DNA from: Octopus sinensis
Taxonomy: Eukaryota
Length of the DNA stretch: 64,000 bases
Direction of reading: 5' to 3'
Assembly: GCF_006345805.1 (NCBI RefSeq)
Contig: NC_042998.1
Span: 138,694,001 to 138,758,000 of the forward strand
Positions 53,251 through 64,000 of this stretch are shown here, one piece after another. Numbering within the stretch: the stretch's first letter is position 1; every line of letters begins with the position of its first letter. The notes under the pieces are model-generated. The model searched no databases. It was not told the DNA's origin and saw only the letters and a list, made by a program, of their open reading frames with translations. The translations under genes and the position numbers were made by a program.

Positions 53251-53809
53251 TTTGCAATTATTAGCTAGCTAATAAAACATGCGTGAGGTATTCAATGTTT
53301 AAGGTAGTGGTAGCGTTGTGTGATAATACTTATACTGGAGTGAACTGGACCTTCGAGAATTAAGTGTCTTGGTTATGGAAAGAACCCACTTTTGGGAGTA
53401 AAATGTGGACTGTTGACCCTTAGGTTAGTACGTTATTGAGGTAGTCTAACTAACAAAACATAAGCTGGAATATATTTTGAGTCGTGAAAAAGAGAAGTGT
53501 AACATCCCGGTCGTTTGTCTCCCCTCAGTGAAAGAGAGAGGGATTGAGAGAGGTTAAAGATCTTATTACTGGGTCACAAAATAGCGAACGAAATAGTTAT
53601 CTGATTCAGAGATCAATTACAAGTTTGTCAGGGATAGATCTCTAAGTCTCTAGTGGTACGATACAAATCCAAGACACGTTGGCTGGTCCTTCGTTATTGT
53701 ACAAGTATTATCAATAGTAATTTTCAGTTATGTATCACATGTTCATAGGTCATCGATTTAGTATTGTTTTACACAGTTGTATGAAAAACAATTGAATGAA
53801 TTATGAAAT

Positions 53810-54110
53810 AAGTTATAGAGACGCAAGTGATGCGCGTTAAGAAAATAAGTAGTCCTGGTTTCAATGGCTGCTGTGCATGACTGTGATTTTGAACTGTTTG
53901 ATCACCGTCCCTGTTCTCCTGGTTTGACTATTATATGTTCCCCAACACGAAAAGACACGTAACTGGGAACCAGTATTGCAGTGATGATGACGCTATATCT
54001 GCAGCTGATGACGTTTTTGACCAACAAGATGAAAGCTTCTCCCCTAATGGAATCCAAGCTCTGCAAAAACAATGCGTGGACTGCAATGGGAACTATGTTG
54101 TAAAATTAAA
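53810..54110 (+). mobile_element. Mariner transposase C-terminal fragment
   Basis: HRPCSPG..MFPNTKRHVTGNQYCSDDDAISA..NGIQALQ..CVDCNGNYVVK. Confidence 0.8.
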
Positions 54111-54189
54111 CCTCATTTGATCACACTTCATAAAAGTGTCTTCGTCAGCATCTGAACTTGCCAGCCGCCTATCCTCTGTATGTGTGTGT

Positions 54190-56360
54190 CTCGTTGGCTT
54201 CATCTCGTATCTGATAATTTAGTTTCTTCTTTGCTGAAATCTTCCTTTATGGTGATGACATAGCTGACTATGTAGATCAATTCTTGCATGGAAGAGTCGA
54301 TGGAATTTACTGCATGGTAATGTTGGTGGAGGAGAAGGGTGATTTTGTTGAACCTTTCTCCCCTGTCGTTTGATTTCTTCCTTTTCTCTTCTGGTGGCTT
54401 TGAAAATTCTGGTTCCGATGGTGATGGAACACCGCCACTAGGTACAGTCTCGGTCTTGTGTTTCACACGATTTAGGCTCAATCCCAGTGGCTTTCAGGGT
54501 TGCTTAGAGTTGGTATCTTCGAAGAGGGCAACCCCGTGATCATTTTCCTGAAGTGAGCTCATTGAATAAGACTTGTCGTGGGAACCTTGACTCTTCCTTT
54601 CTTGCTACATGTCTGGACCATCTTTTACGGTATTTCATGATCGGTGATTCGATGCTTTGACTGTTGGCTCTTTCCAAAACTTTGTTGCTGGTGACATAGT
54701 GTCTCCATTTGATGCTCAAGATTGAACAAAGCTTTTGTTGATGAAAGTGTTCTAATTTTTGGATGTCGAAACGATATAGAGTCCAGATTTTGCAGCCATG
54801 TAGCAAGGTTGAAATGACAACAGCATTATAGACCATAATTTTTGTTGTTAAGTTAAGATCTTTGTTATTGAAGATGCATTTGATTAACTTTGCCCGGTGC
54901 AGCTCCAATTTTGCATTCCACATCCTGTTCTGAGTTGCACATGTTTGATAAAAGGCTGCCTGGATATGGAAATGCTCTACCTTTTTGAGAGGTGTATCAG
55001 AGATGGTAACATCAAAATCTGGTAAGATGGTATTTGGGGCTGTTTGTGCAAGGACCTTGGTTTTCTTGATGTTTACTGTAAGGTCAAAGCGATGGTAGGC
55101 CATAGCAAAGTTGTTCAGAGACTGTTGGAGTTCTGCTTTTGAATGACAGCGGACAGCATTGCCATCAACATATTGAAGTTCTGAGATGTGTTGCATGTGT
55201 GTTAGATGTTTTGATCGAAGTCTACTAAGAGTGAAAAGTCCTCCATCATATCGATATCTGATGTCAGCTCCTAGATTGTCTGGAAGGACTTCGTGAAGCA
55301 TTACAGCCAGATATGAGAATAACGTAGGTGCCAAGACGCATCCTTGTTTTAGTCTGCACGTGACTGGAAATTCTTCTGACAGTATGTTTTTGGTGGAATA
55401 CACGTCCAGACATGTCATGGATTGCTTGAATCAGAGAGATCAGGAGATCCAATATGATGAAAATCCTTCCACACAGCATCTCTTGGAATGCTATCAAAGG
55501 TTTGTTCAAAGTCATAGAAAAAAAAAAGGAAAATGGGCTTTTGTCGCTCCCTGCTTTTCTCTTGGCATTGCCTTGCACAGAAAATCATGTCAGTTATGCC
55601 ACGTGGATCTTTTCGGCGATGGCCTGGAGCCAATTTAGAAGTATCATGGTAAAGACCTTTCCAGTGATGGAGAGTATAAATATTCCTCTATAGTTCCTAC
55701 AGGCTTTTCGATCACTTTTTGAAGATTGTTATGATGATTGTTATGACTTTCAGTTCTTTAGGAATGTGTTAAGATTCCACATGTTTAGGTGAAGATGCGG
55801 TTTTGCAAGGATAAGCTTCTATGTTCGATCAGCTCCAAAGGAATGTTATCTGGGCATGGAGACTTCCTTGATATCATATGCTTCATAGTTTGCTTGAATT
55901 CATGAAAAGTAGGCTCCCTGTTCATTCATAGCTGAGGAAGATGATTTGGAACGTTTCTCAGGACGTTCTCAGCCGTGTTCAAGTTTCTGTTTAGGAGGAT
56001 AGAAAAATGTTTCATCCAGCATAGGAGCATGTCTAGTAGATCAGTCAGGATATTTGTATTGTCAGCTGCAAGGAGGAATCCAGTTGATGTTCGTACTGGT
56101 CCATACAGTTGTTTCGTCCCTGCATAGAAATTTCTGTAGTCACGTGCATCTACATCCTAGGATAAATCCTTCTGTTTCGGCTTTCAAACCAATGTTCTGC
56201 AGTCACTGATGGGTTCTTTTCATATCCACATCAGCTCCTCCAGCTCCTTTGTGGTATTGCCCATGCAATGCTTTTTCTTGCCACAGTTTCGACATTTCCT
56301 TCAAGCTTTCTTGTTTGGTCTTATACTTTTTGCTAGCTTAGTGAGCAGTGTGTCCCCATT
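54190..56360 (-). mobile_element. RTE-clade (BovB-like) LINE, decayed RT
   Basis: RGITDMIFCARQCQEK..F.DF..FDSI, LKQGCVLAPTLF, ELQYVD, LTVNIKKTKV, RFPRQVLFNEL..GK. Confidence 0.9.
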
Positions 56361-56379
56361 ATCATCATCATAACAACAG

Positions 56380-57680
56380 TCAACAGGCAACAAGTTAGAA
56401 GATCATGTTGGTGTTATGCCTAGGGTGTTATATATTTGGTTTTGCATATTGTATTGTTCTAGAGAATGTTTAAGAAAACATAGGAAAATTATGTGTTTGT
56501 TTTAAAATTTGACAGTGTTTTACATAGGATATGGACAGTTCCCTGAGCACTATCTTTTGAATTTCTGCCATTTTTGGGTAGGAACCAGGGCCTTTTGCTA
56601 TCATTCCTCGGGCACCTATGAAAACAGGTATTGTTTTAGTTTTCAGGTTCCACGTTTTGCGAGTTTCTATTTCAAGATATTTATACTTGCTCAGTTTTTG
56701 GCAGGTCTTGACATACATTTATGTCGATTGGGACAGTCATACCAATGAGGAGGCATGATTTTTGTCGGAAGTCTTTCAATATAATGTCTGGCCTATTCGC
56801 ATCTATCTTTCTGTCAGTTTGAATGGTGAAGTTCCAGAGGAGTGAAATGTGATCATTTCCAAGCACTGGAGGTGGTTTGTGTTCCCAGCAGTTTTTATCA
56901 TGGGGCAGGTCCAGGTTTTTGCAAATTATCCAGTGACTATATCATGCCTGTTGAGATACTCTGTAGGCACAAGAACACTGCACATGGAGCCAACATGATC
57001 AATTGTTTCATTTTGTTGTTGACATACACGACATGTTGGGCTACTGTCGTTATTTAATATATTGGCCTGGTAGTTCCTTGTAGGTAGGCATTAATCTTGG
57101 GCTGCTATGATAAACCCTTCTGTTTTTGATTTTAAGCCAGAAGACACTAATCATTGATGGTTAAGGGTTTTGTCAACATCGGCACTATTTTCTCTCTTTG
57201 GGTATTTGCTATTTAGAGGTTTTTCTTGCCATTTATCAGGAAGAATATTTAAGGCAGCAGTTTTAGTACGGATTTTCATACACTTAGCCTTTTCTGTGTT
57301 TGTTTCTAGTATGTCTAATTCTGGAATTTGTTGTATTTGGAATTCACTTTGCCAGTTTTGTCACTGAGTATGATGCTTTCTTGTTTTCATGCTTTGAGAC
57401 AAGTTTTAACATAGTGTTCAGAGTTTTTCAGGTAGGTGTCTAAGCCAATTGTTACAATCTTTATTGCTAATTCCAGTTGTAAAAGTCCACGGCCGCCCTC
57501 TTTTCTTGGCAGGCAAAGTCGTTCTATATCTGCCTTAGGGTGGTGCATTCTATGCATTGTCAACAATTTTCGTGTTTTTCTGTCAAGGTTACATATTTCA
57601 GTAATAGACCAGTTAATGATATTGAAACTGTAAGTCACGACCGGTATGGCTAAAGTATTGATCACTTCGATCCTGTTCCT
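56380..57680 (-). mobile_element. R4/Dong-like LINE, 5'-truncated
   Basis: INTLAIPVVTYSF..LCLPRKEGGRGL, RPDIILKD, KLSKYKYLEIE. Confidence 0.9.
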
Positions 57681-57711
57681 TGCATTATCATTATTATTGT
57701 TGTTGTTGTTG

Positions 57712-57776
<65 letters not shown>

Positions 57777-57778
<2 letters not shown>

Positions 57779-58875
57779 GACTTTTGCTTTATGTCTGTAC
57801 AAGTTGGCTCCAAGTCTCACCCAGAGACCCCAAGAGACAACAGGCTGGAAGTTCACGTTGTTGTTATGCCTAGTGTGCCATATATTTGGGTTTTTTTTTG
57901 GTGTTGTACTAGTGAATGTCTGATACATAAATTTAAAAAAAAAAGTTTGTTTTAAACCTTTGGATTACATAGAGAGTATTTTGCGTAGGATATGAGCAGT
58001 TCCCATGAGCACTATCTTTTGAATTTCTGCCATTTTGGGGTTTCCTGGTATCTGAGTTAGGTAGCAACCAGCCCCTTTTTCTATTATTCCCAGGGCACCT
58101 ATGACAACAGGTATTGTTTTAGTCTTCAGGTTCCACATTTTGCTGATTTCTATTTCAAGATCTTTATATTTGCTCAGTTTTTGGTAGGTCTTGACAGATA
58201 CGTTTATATCGATCAGGACAGTCATATCAATGAGGAGGCATGTTCTTTGTCTGAAGTCTTTCAATATGATGTCTGGCCTATTTGCATCTATCTTTCTGTC
58301 AGTTTGAATGGTGAAGTTCCAGAGGAGTGAGATGTGGTCATTTTCAAGCACTGGAGGTGGTTTGTGTCCCCACCAGTTTTTTTCATGGGGCAAATCCAGG
58401 TTTTTGCAAATTACCCAGTGAATATATTGTGCAGCTCTATCATGCCTGTTGAGATACTCTGTAGGCGCTAGAAGACTGCACTTGGAGACAGCATGATCAA
58501 TGGTTTCATTTTGTTGTTTCATTTTGTTTTAAGGCGGCGAGCTGGCAGAAACGTTAGCGCGCCGGGCGAAATGCTTAGCGGTATTTCGTCTGCCATTACG
58601 TTCTGAGTTCAAATTCCGCCGAGGTCGACTTTGCCTTTCATCCTTTCGGGGTCGATTAAATAAGTACAGTTACGCACTGGGGTCGGTATGATCGACTTAA
58701 TCCGTTTGTCTGTCCTTGTTCGTCCTCTCTGTGTTTAGCCCCTTGCGGGTAGTAAAGAAATAGCTTTCATTTTGTTGTTGACATACACGACACGTTGGGC
58801 TACTGCCGTTCTTTAATATGTTGGCCTGGTAGTTTCTTGTTGGTAGGCATTGATCTTGAGCTGCTATGATAAACC
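57777..58875 (-). mobile_element. R4/Dong-like LINE 3' part interrupted by a SINE
   Basis: ETIDHAVSKC..RHD..LLWNFTIQTD..NRPDIILKD..IDMTV..KLSKYKDL (RLE domain); (TAA)n tail. Confidence 0.92.
58531..58764 (+). mobile_element. SINE family C, full length, with TSD
   Basis: tttcattttgttgtt at 58504-58518 and 58765-58779. Confidence 0.92.
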
Positions 58876-58902
58876 CTTATTATTATTATTATTATTATTA
58901 TT

Positions 58903-59278
58903 GAGTGAGAGAGCAGTGCATGCCATCAAAGTGACACTGGGGTAAAATATACGAAGCCCAATATACCCATCATGACTACCCGTCTGATAAAGGTACACCA
59001 GGCACATGCATCACAACCATATGTGCGCGACATGGTGATCTCATATCAAGATAAACAGCACATGACCTTGCAGGTGGGGCCCAGTTAGAATTTTCTTCAG
59101 GTTGAGTAGCCCATCCCGCTCAAACGGTCCCTGAATAAGGGTTGTTTAAGGATGTTGAAAGAACCACCCATGTTTCCAGAGGTGAACTATTCAAACCTCA
59201 AAGAAACCCTCTCAACACATGGCTATGATGCTCCCCCACTACTTCTGCTCGTGATCAGAGATGCACATATCGTCAGCC
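58903..59278 (-). mobile_element. 5'-truncated copy of the ~550 bp element
   Basis: Matches the 3' two-thirds of the reference; TTA tracts on both sides. Confidence 0.88.
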
Positions 59279-59279
59279 A

Positions 59280-59315
<36 letters not shown>

Positions 59316-59866
59316 GAGTGAGAGAGCAGTCCATGGCATCAAAGTGACACTGGGGTAAAATATAAGGATCATACACATCATGACTACCCGTCTGATAAGG
59401 CTATACTAAGCACATGCATGACAACCATATGTGCGTGACATGGTGATCTCATATCAAGATAAACAGCACATAACCTTGCAGGTGGGGCCCAGTTAGAATT
59501 TTCTTCTGGTCGAGTAGCCCATCCCACTCAAAAAGTCCCTGAATAAGGGTTGTTTAAGGATGTTGAACGAAACACCCATGTTTCCAGAGGTGAAGTATTC
59601 AAACCCCAAAGAATCCCTCTCAACACATGGCTGTGATGCTCCCCCACTACTTCTGCTTGTGATCAGAGATGCACATATCGTCAGCCACTAAGGGACATGG
59701 TCAACTGGTTAAGGTCAAACAACTGACAAAGCAAAACTGTGGTATCGAGCAGAATATTTGCTGTAGCCCATCTTTTAAACCAAGACAAAACAATGTACAT
59801 AATAACACTTCCAATCAGTTAAGATCAGAAGCCATGAGAGCCACTGCCTGGTACTGCATTAGGGCA
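59316..59866 (-). mobile_element. ~550 bp (TAA)n-associated element, full length
   Basis: Reverse complement of 25623-26177. Confidence 0.9.
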
Positions 59867-59939
59867 TTATTATCCTCCTCCTCCTCCTCCTCCTCCCCCT
59901 CCTCCTCCTCCTCTTCCTCCTCATCATCATCATCATCAC

Positions 59940-59998
<59 letters not shown>

Positions 59999-60019
59999 TA
60001 TTATTATTATTATTATTAT

Positions 60020-61479
60020 TGCCTTTGTACAGCTTCTAACGCTGGAGATGTACTACAGTGTCAGCTGTTCACTACCAGTGAACTAAGGTAACACCTTATT
60101 TTTCGAGCACCTTCCGGAGTATTCAAGCCAAGAAGTGCTGTTTTCTTCAAGTGCTCCACCCTTATTGCAGCCCCTATTTGTTCCACATACTTCTCGAGAT
60201 TTTTGCTCATTGTTCCCAGGGCTCCGACAATTATTGGTTCTATTGCTACCCATTTCATCGACCACAACTGATTAACTTCCCAAGCTAAGCTGTCATATCT
60301 CTCAACTTTTCTTTCTTCCTTATCGCATACCTTGTTGTCAGCTGAGCATGCTATATCTATGATCCAGCATAGTTTGTTTTCTTTCTCAATTAAGACTATG
60401 TCCGGCTTCCTATTCTTTATCTCATGGTCGCACTGAATCATAAAATCCCATAGGATCTTTGCGTTTCTATTTTCGACGATGCCTTCAAGTTTGTGGTCGT
60501 ACCAAGTTTTTGCTCTGTCAAGTCCATACTTGTTGCAGAGTGTCCACTAGACAGGCCTGGCTATATTGTTGTGGCGTCTCTTATATTCCTTCTGGGCTAG
60601 TGGCATACATTGGCTGGTAATATGCCATACGGTTTCACCGTTTTGTCCACAGATTCTTCACTTATCACTTTCTGCTGTGTTGTCTATTCTGTATTTTATG
60701 TAGTTTGTTCTTAGTGCTTGCTCTTAAGCAGCACAGATCAGAGCCTCCGTTTCCGGTTTTAAATCTCTTTTAGCCATCCACAGCCATCTTTTTTCTCTGT
60801 CTGTCATATCTTCAACAACCCTATGATATTGACCATGCATTCTTTTCTTTACCCACATATTTTCAGTTTCATTCATTTTCAATTTCTTGTATAGTGCTTT
60901 ATGGAGTGGCAAACAGGATATCGGCCTGTAATGTCTACTGTATTGCCTTTTGCGATGTTTTTCAGGCACAGCAGTGTATTACCCAATGTAAACCACTCTG
61001 GTGTTCCGTGGTCAGCATTTAACAAGGTGTTGAGTTGCGCAGCTATTCGTGCATGAAATTCACCAAATCTTTTGATCAGTAGCCTTGAACTCCATTTGGT
61101 CCCGGGGCCTTCCAGTTGCTCATTTTTTGCTGATTTTCTTCACTTCCCTAACTAAAATGACTAGTTCTGCCTGTTTTGGACAGACTACTGTTTGTTTCAG
61201 TTCTTGCAACCATTCAGCATCCTTCTTGTGCTCCTTGTCTTTGCTCTAGATGTCACTCCAAAACCTTTGACTTTCAATGTCATCTAGTATCAACTTTTCA
61301 TCTGTACAGTCTCCATTCATTTCTTTATAGAATCTCTTCTGATTTACTCTAAATAACCTATTCTAGTGGTAACCTTTCATTCTTTGATTGCATCTTACCA
61401 TCTTTGCTTTCCTTGCAATGAGGCACTGTTTCAGTTCCTACGCTACTACTTTCAGGCCCTTTCTTAAAAAAAATAATAT
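60020..61479 (-). mobile_element. R4/Dong-like LINE 3' segment with RT core deleted
   Basis: NRLFRVNQKRFY..HYRPISCLPL fused to MHGQY..ETEALICAA; CRIC..ETVWHITSQC..RRHN..KPDIVLIE..IDIA. Confidence 0.88.
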
Positions 61480-61828
61480 GCTACATCTGCTAATACTACT
61501 AACTAATACTACTAACACTACTAGCTAATACTACTAACACTACATAAATACTACAACTACTACTATTATGATAGCACAGGAATCTGCGGCCCAACTACCA
61601 TCCTTACCACTACCCTACCTCTACTATTGTTGCTGTTGCTACAACCACTGCTGTTGCTACTGCACATAAAAACAATAATATCAGTGATATCAGTGATGAT
61701 AATAATTATAATAATGAAAGAAAACGGGTGGAGCCTCCTCCTCCTCATGGGCTGATTAATGATACATCCAGTGATGGTGTCACAATAAAAACACTGGTAA
61801 TTGCGCAACCTGATAATCGCTACCTCAT

Positions 61829-62689
61829 ATGAGTGACAATGAAAAAACAAAATATTGTGAATAACGGTGGTAATGATGGTGACAGTGTTACACCCGGTAG
61901 GCTCAGAGATTCTGGTCCGGCTCCAGCTTGTCGATATCCAGAAAGGGACCACCACACAAAGCGTAGATGGAGCAAGTAAATTAATGTTGTGGTCATGGAG
62001 TGTTACTACCTGAGCAGCGCTGTAGATGAAAATGGTGTTCAAATTAGCGATTACCGACAACGTATGTATGATCATTGGAGTGAAAAGGGATTGTTTCAAC
62101 CTACGGATCAGACTATGTGATCAAGCTAGAGCAATAAGAAAAAAATGTTGGTTCACAGTAGAGCTCGAAGCTATCATAGCAGCAGAGATAACAATGAAAA
62201 TGCAGTTCCTACTAATAAGAGTAATCCCATAGCACAGGAATGGATCAGTGGCAGTTCATTTGATGAGAGTCATATAGATGATCTAAAAGAAGACAAAACT
62301 AATGGCGACATGACAGATGAACAAAAGGCAATGAACCACAGAATAAAGGTAAGACTAAAGGAGAACGCTAGCGACATTATTTGCAACCTTAAAAAGGTTG
62401 ATCGATGGAAATTGAACCAAGAAACGAAAAATGTCAATGAAATTCTGAAATACATCAGAACAAACAACATCACAGAAACAAATAATTTGATCAAGGGAGC
62501 AAGTATTGTTGTAGCAGAAAACGTGGATGTTGATGTCAAGAAAAAGAAACATAATGAGAGTGACAAAAGAAAATATCCATGGTGTAAAAGAATCCAAGCA
62601 GGGTATACATGCTCTCGGAGGAAATCTGTGTGTTAGACCGAAAAGAGAAAGAGGAGCTTAAAAGCGAAGAAAAATAAAGGGTCTGAAAA
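61829..62689 (+). mobile_element. Inverted 5' segment of an R4/Dong-like ORF
   Basis: KRRWSK..VVMECYY..YRQRMYDHW..RLCDQARAIRK Myb-like N-terminus, then NNITETNNLIKGA..PW.KRI. Confidence 0.8.
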
Positions 62690-62774
62690 TTATTATTATT
62701 ATTATTATTATTATTTTTGTTGTTGTTGTTGTTGTTGTTGTTGATGTTATTATTATTATTATTTATTTATTTTT

Positions 62775-63010
62775 TTAAAACTCAGGTTTTGTTGGAACTC
62801 CTGGAGTCTTGCGCAGTGTGCTTATTACCTACAGCCTACGGTACCATGCTATCTTTTCTGCGATTCTAGCAATACCAAGGAGGCAAACTTTTGTAATAGC
62901 TCTACTGGGCACTTTATTCCGAATCAAACTTATATTCCTCTTCATGCCTTCTAACACTGTCCCCAAAGACGCGGCAAAAATCGGCATTATTATTACTAGG
63001 GTCTTGGTTT
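62775..63010 (-). mobile_element. RLE LINE 3' fragment (further family)
   Basis: IMPIFAASLGTV..ITKVCLLGIARIAEK, followed by an A/TAA tail. Confidence 0.65.
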
Positions 63011-63259
63011 CATGATGGTAAGGTCCGTTTTCTGGGCTGAGATGCACGTTGTGCCCTTGGGAAAGGCAGCGAATTCCCGCTACTCCAGGGTATTCAGCCC
63101 AAAATGACCGCTTGCTATACAGGGAAAGAGGGTTACATCAAGCAAAGGCGATATTAATCGACTGCTATATAGGGAATGAGTGCTATATAGGGAATGAGAG
63201 CTGCAGCAGCTGACTGCAGCACAAATCGATTGCTTTAGAGAGACAAAGAGAGAGAGAAA

Positions 63260-63306
<47 letters not shown>

Positions 63307-64000
63307 AAGAAAGAGTGGGATGAGGCGGTCTGTAGCATCTGGCTGCTGTACACGGAAAGAGGGCTGCTAATGGGGGGGGGGGCTCCCTCCCTCAATTCGT
63401 CACATCCTGGATGTTCCTATGGATAAGGGATGGGAGGGCTGAAAGTATGTCTGTCTGCTCACGACTATATAGGCACCTAAAACACTAGCGAAACGCGGTG
63501 TTGCCTACGCGGTCATACTCATTTGCGAGTGATGGCTAAATACCGAAGCTCATCATAATACCTAAGCAAAATAAAGATTCCAAGATTCCAACTGTAGCTC
63601 TTGAATATCTAATAGGCCTGCCTCAAGAATGAACTCACGACACAATTAGCCAACCATGAGACCCTCAGAATTCCAGTTCAAACGACTAGAAATAGTAGTC
63701 AAATCTCACCCAAGCTTTAAAGTCTTAAAAACGGAAGGATGCATTGGATATTATACATACAGGTGTTGGACGAAATAATGAAAAAAAAAAAAAACCCTTA
63801 AAATTTCAAAAAAAATTATTTTTATATGGGATAGAACAACTTTAGCAGTAATTACAGCTTGAATTCCACGAGACATGGACTCGTACAGAGTCTGAATTGT
63901 TTCCAAAGGAAATTTTGTCCATTCTTCAGCTAAAACAGTCTCCAGTTCTTGTAGTGATGATGGTGGAGTATATCGACTCCTTATTTCTTTTTCTGAAATG

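Noticed and set aside
63113-63200. Three tgctata(c/t)aggga(a)..gag repeats as a regulatory array
   Set aside because: A short local duplication with no associated gene evidence in the window.

Overview
AT-rich eukaryotic genomic DNA dense in microsatellites and transposon relics. The SINE families, (TAA)n-associated elements and TTAGGG repeats suggest a cephalopod (Octopus-like); this is an inference. One 100-N gap lies at 7152-7251. Almost all ORFs in the supplied track are microsatellite noise or decayed transposon fragments: R4/Dong-like RLE LINEs, an RTE LINE, CR1-like LINEs, a Penelope-like element, mariners, a Helitron, MITEs and tRNA-derived SINEs. The main result is a spliced host gene that the ORF track misses, assembled by hand on the + strand from four exons (36630-36633, 38348-38535, 45196-45414, 48212-48364; intron phases 1,0,0). 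It encodes a 187-aa secreted, predicted helical protein with features of class-I long-chain (IL-6/G-CSF/CNTF-like) cytokines. It has a TATA+Inr promoter with clustered kappaB/ISRE-like motifs, and an AU-rich tract precedes a downstream AATAAA. Upstream is a ~7.3 kb old inverted duplication whose two arms each carry a different transposon at the same homologous site. Several Penelope-type hammerhead ribozyme motifs are present. Eight copies of a ~550 bp non-coding element occur, always beside (TAA/CAA)n tracts. All protein-family calls are by eye, without database searches.
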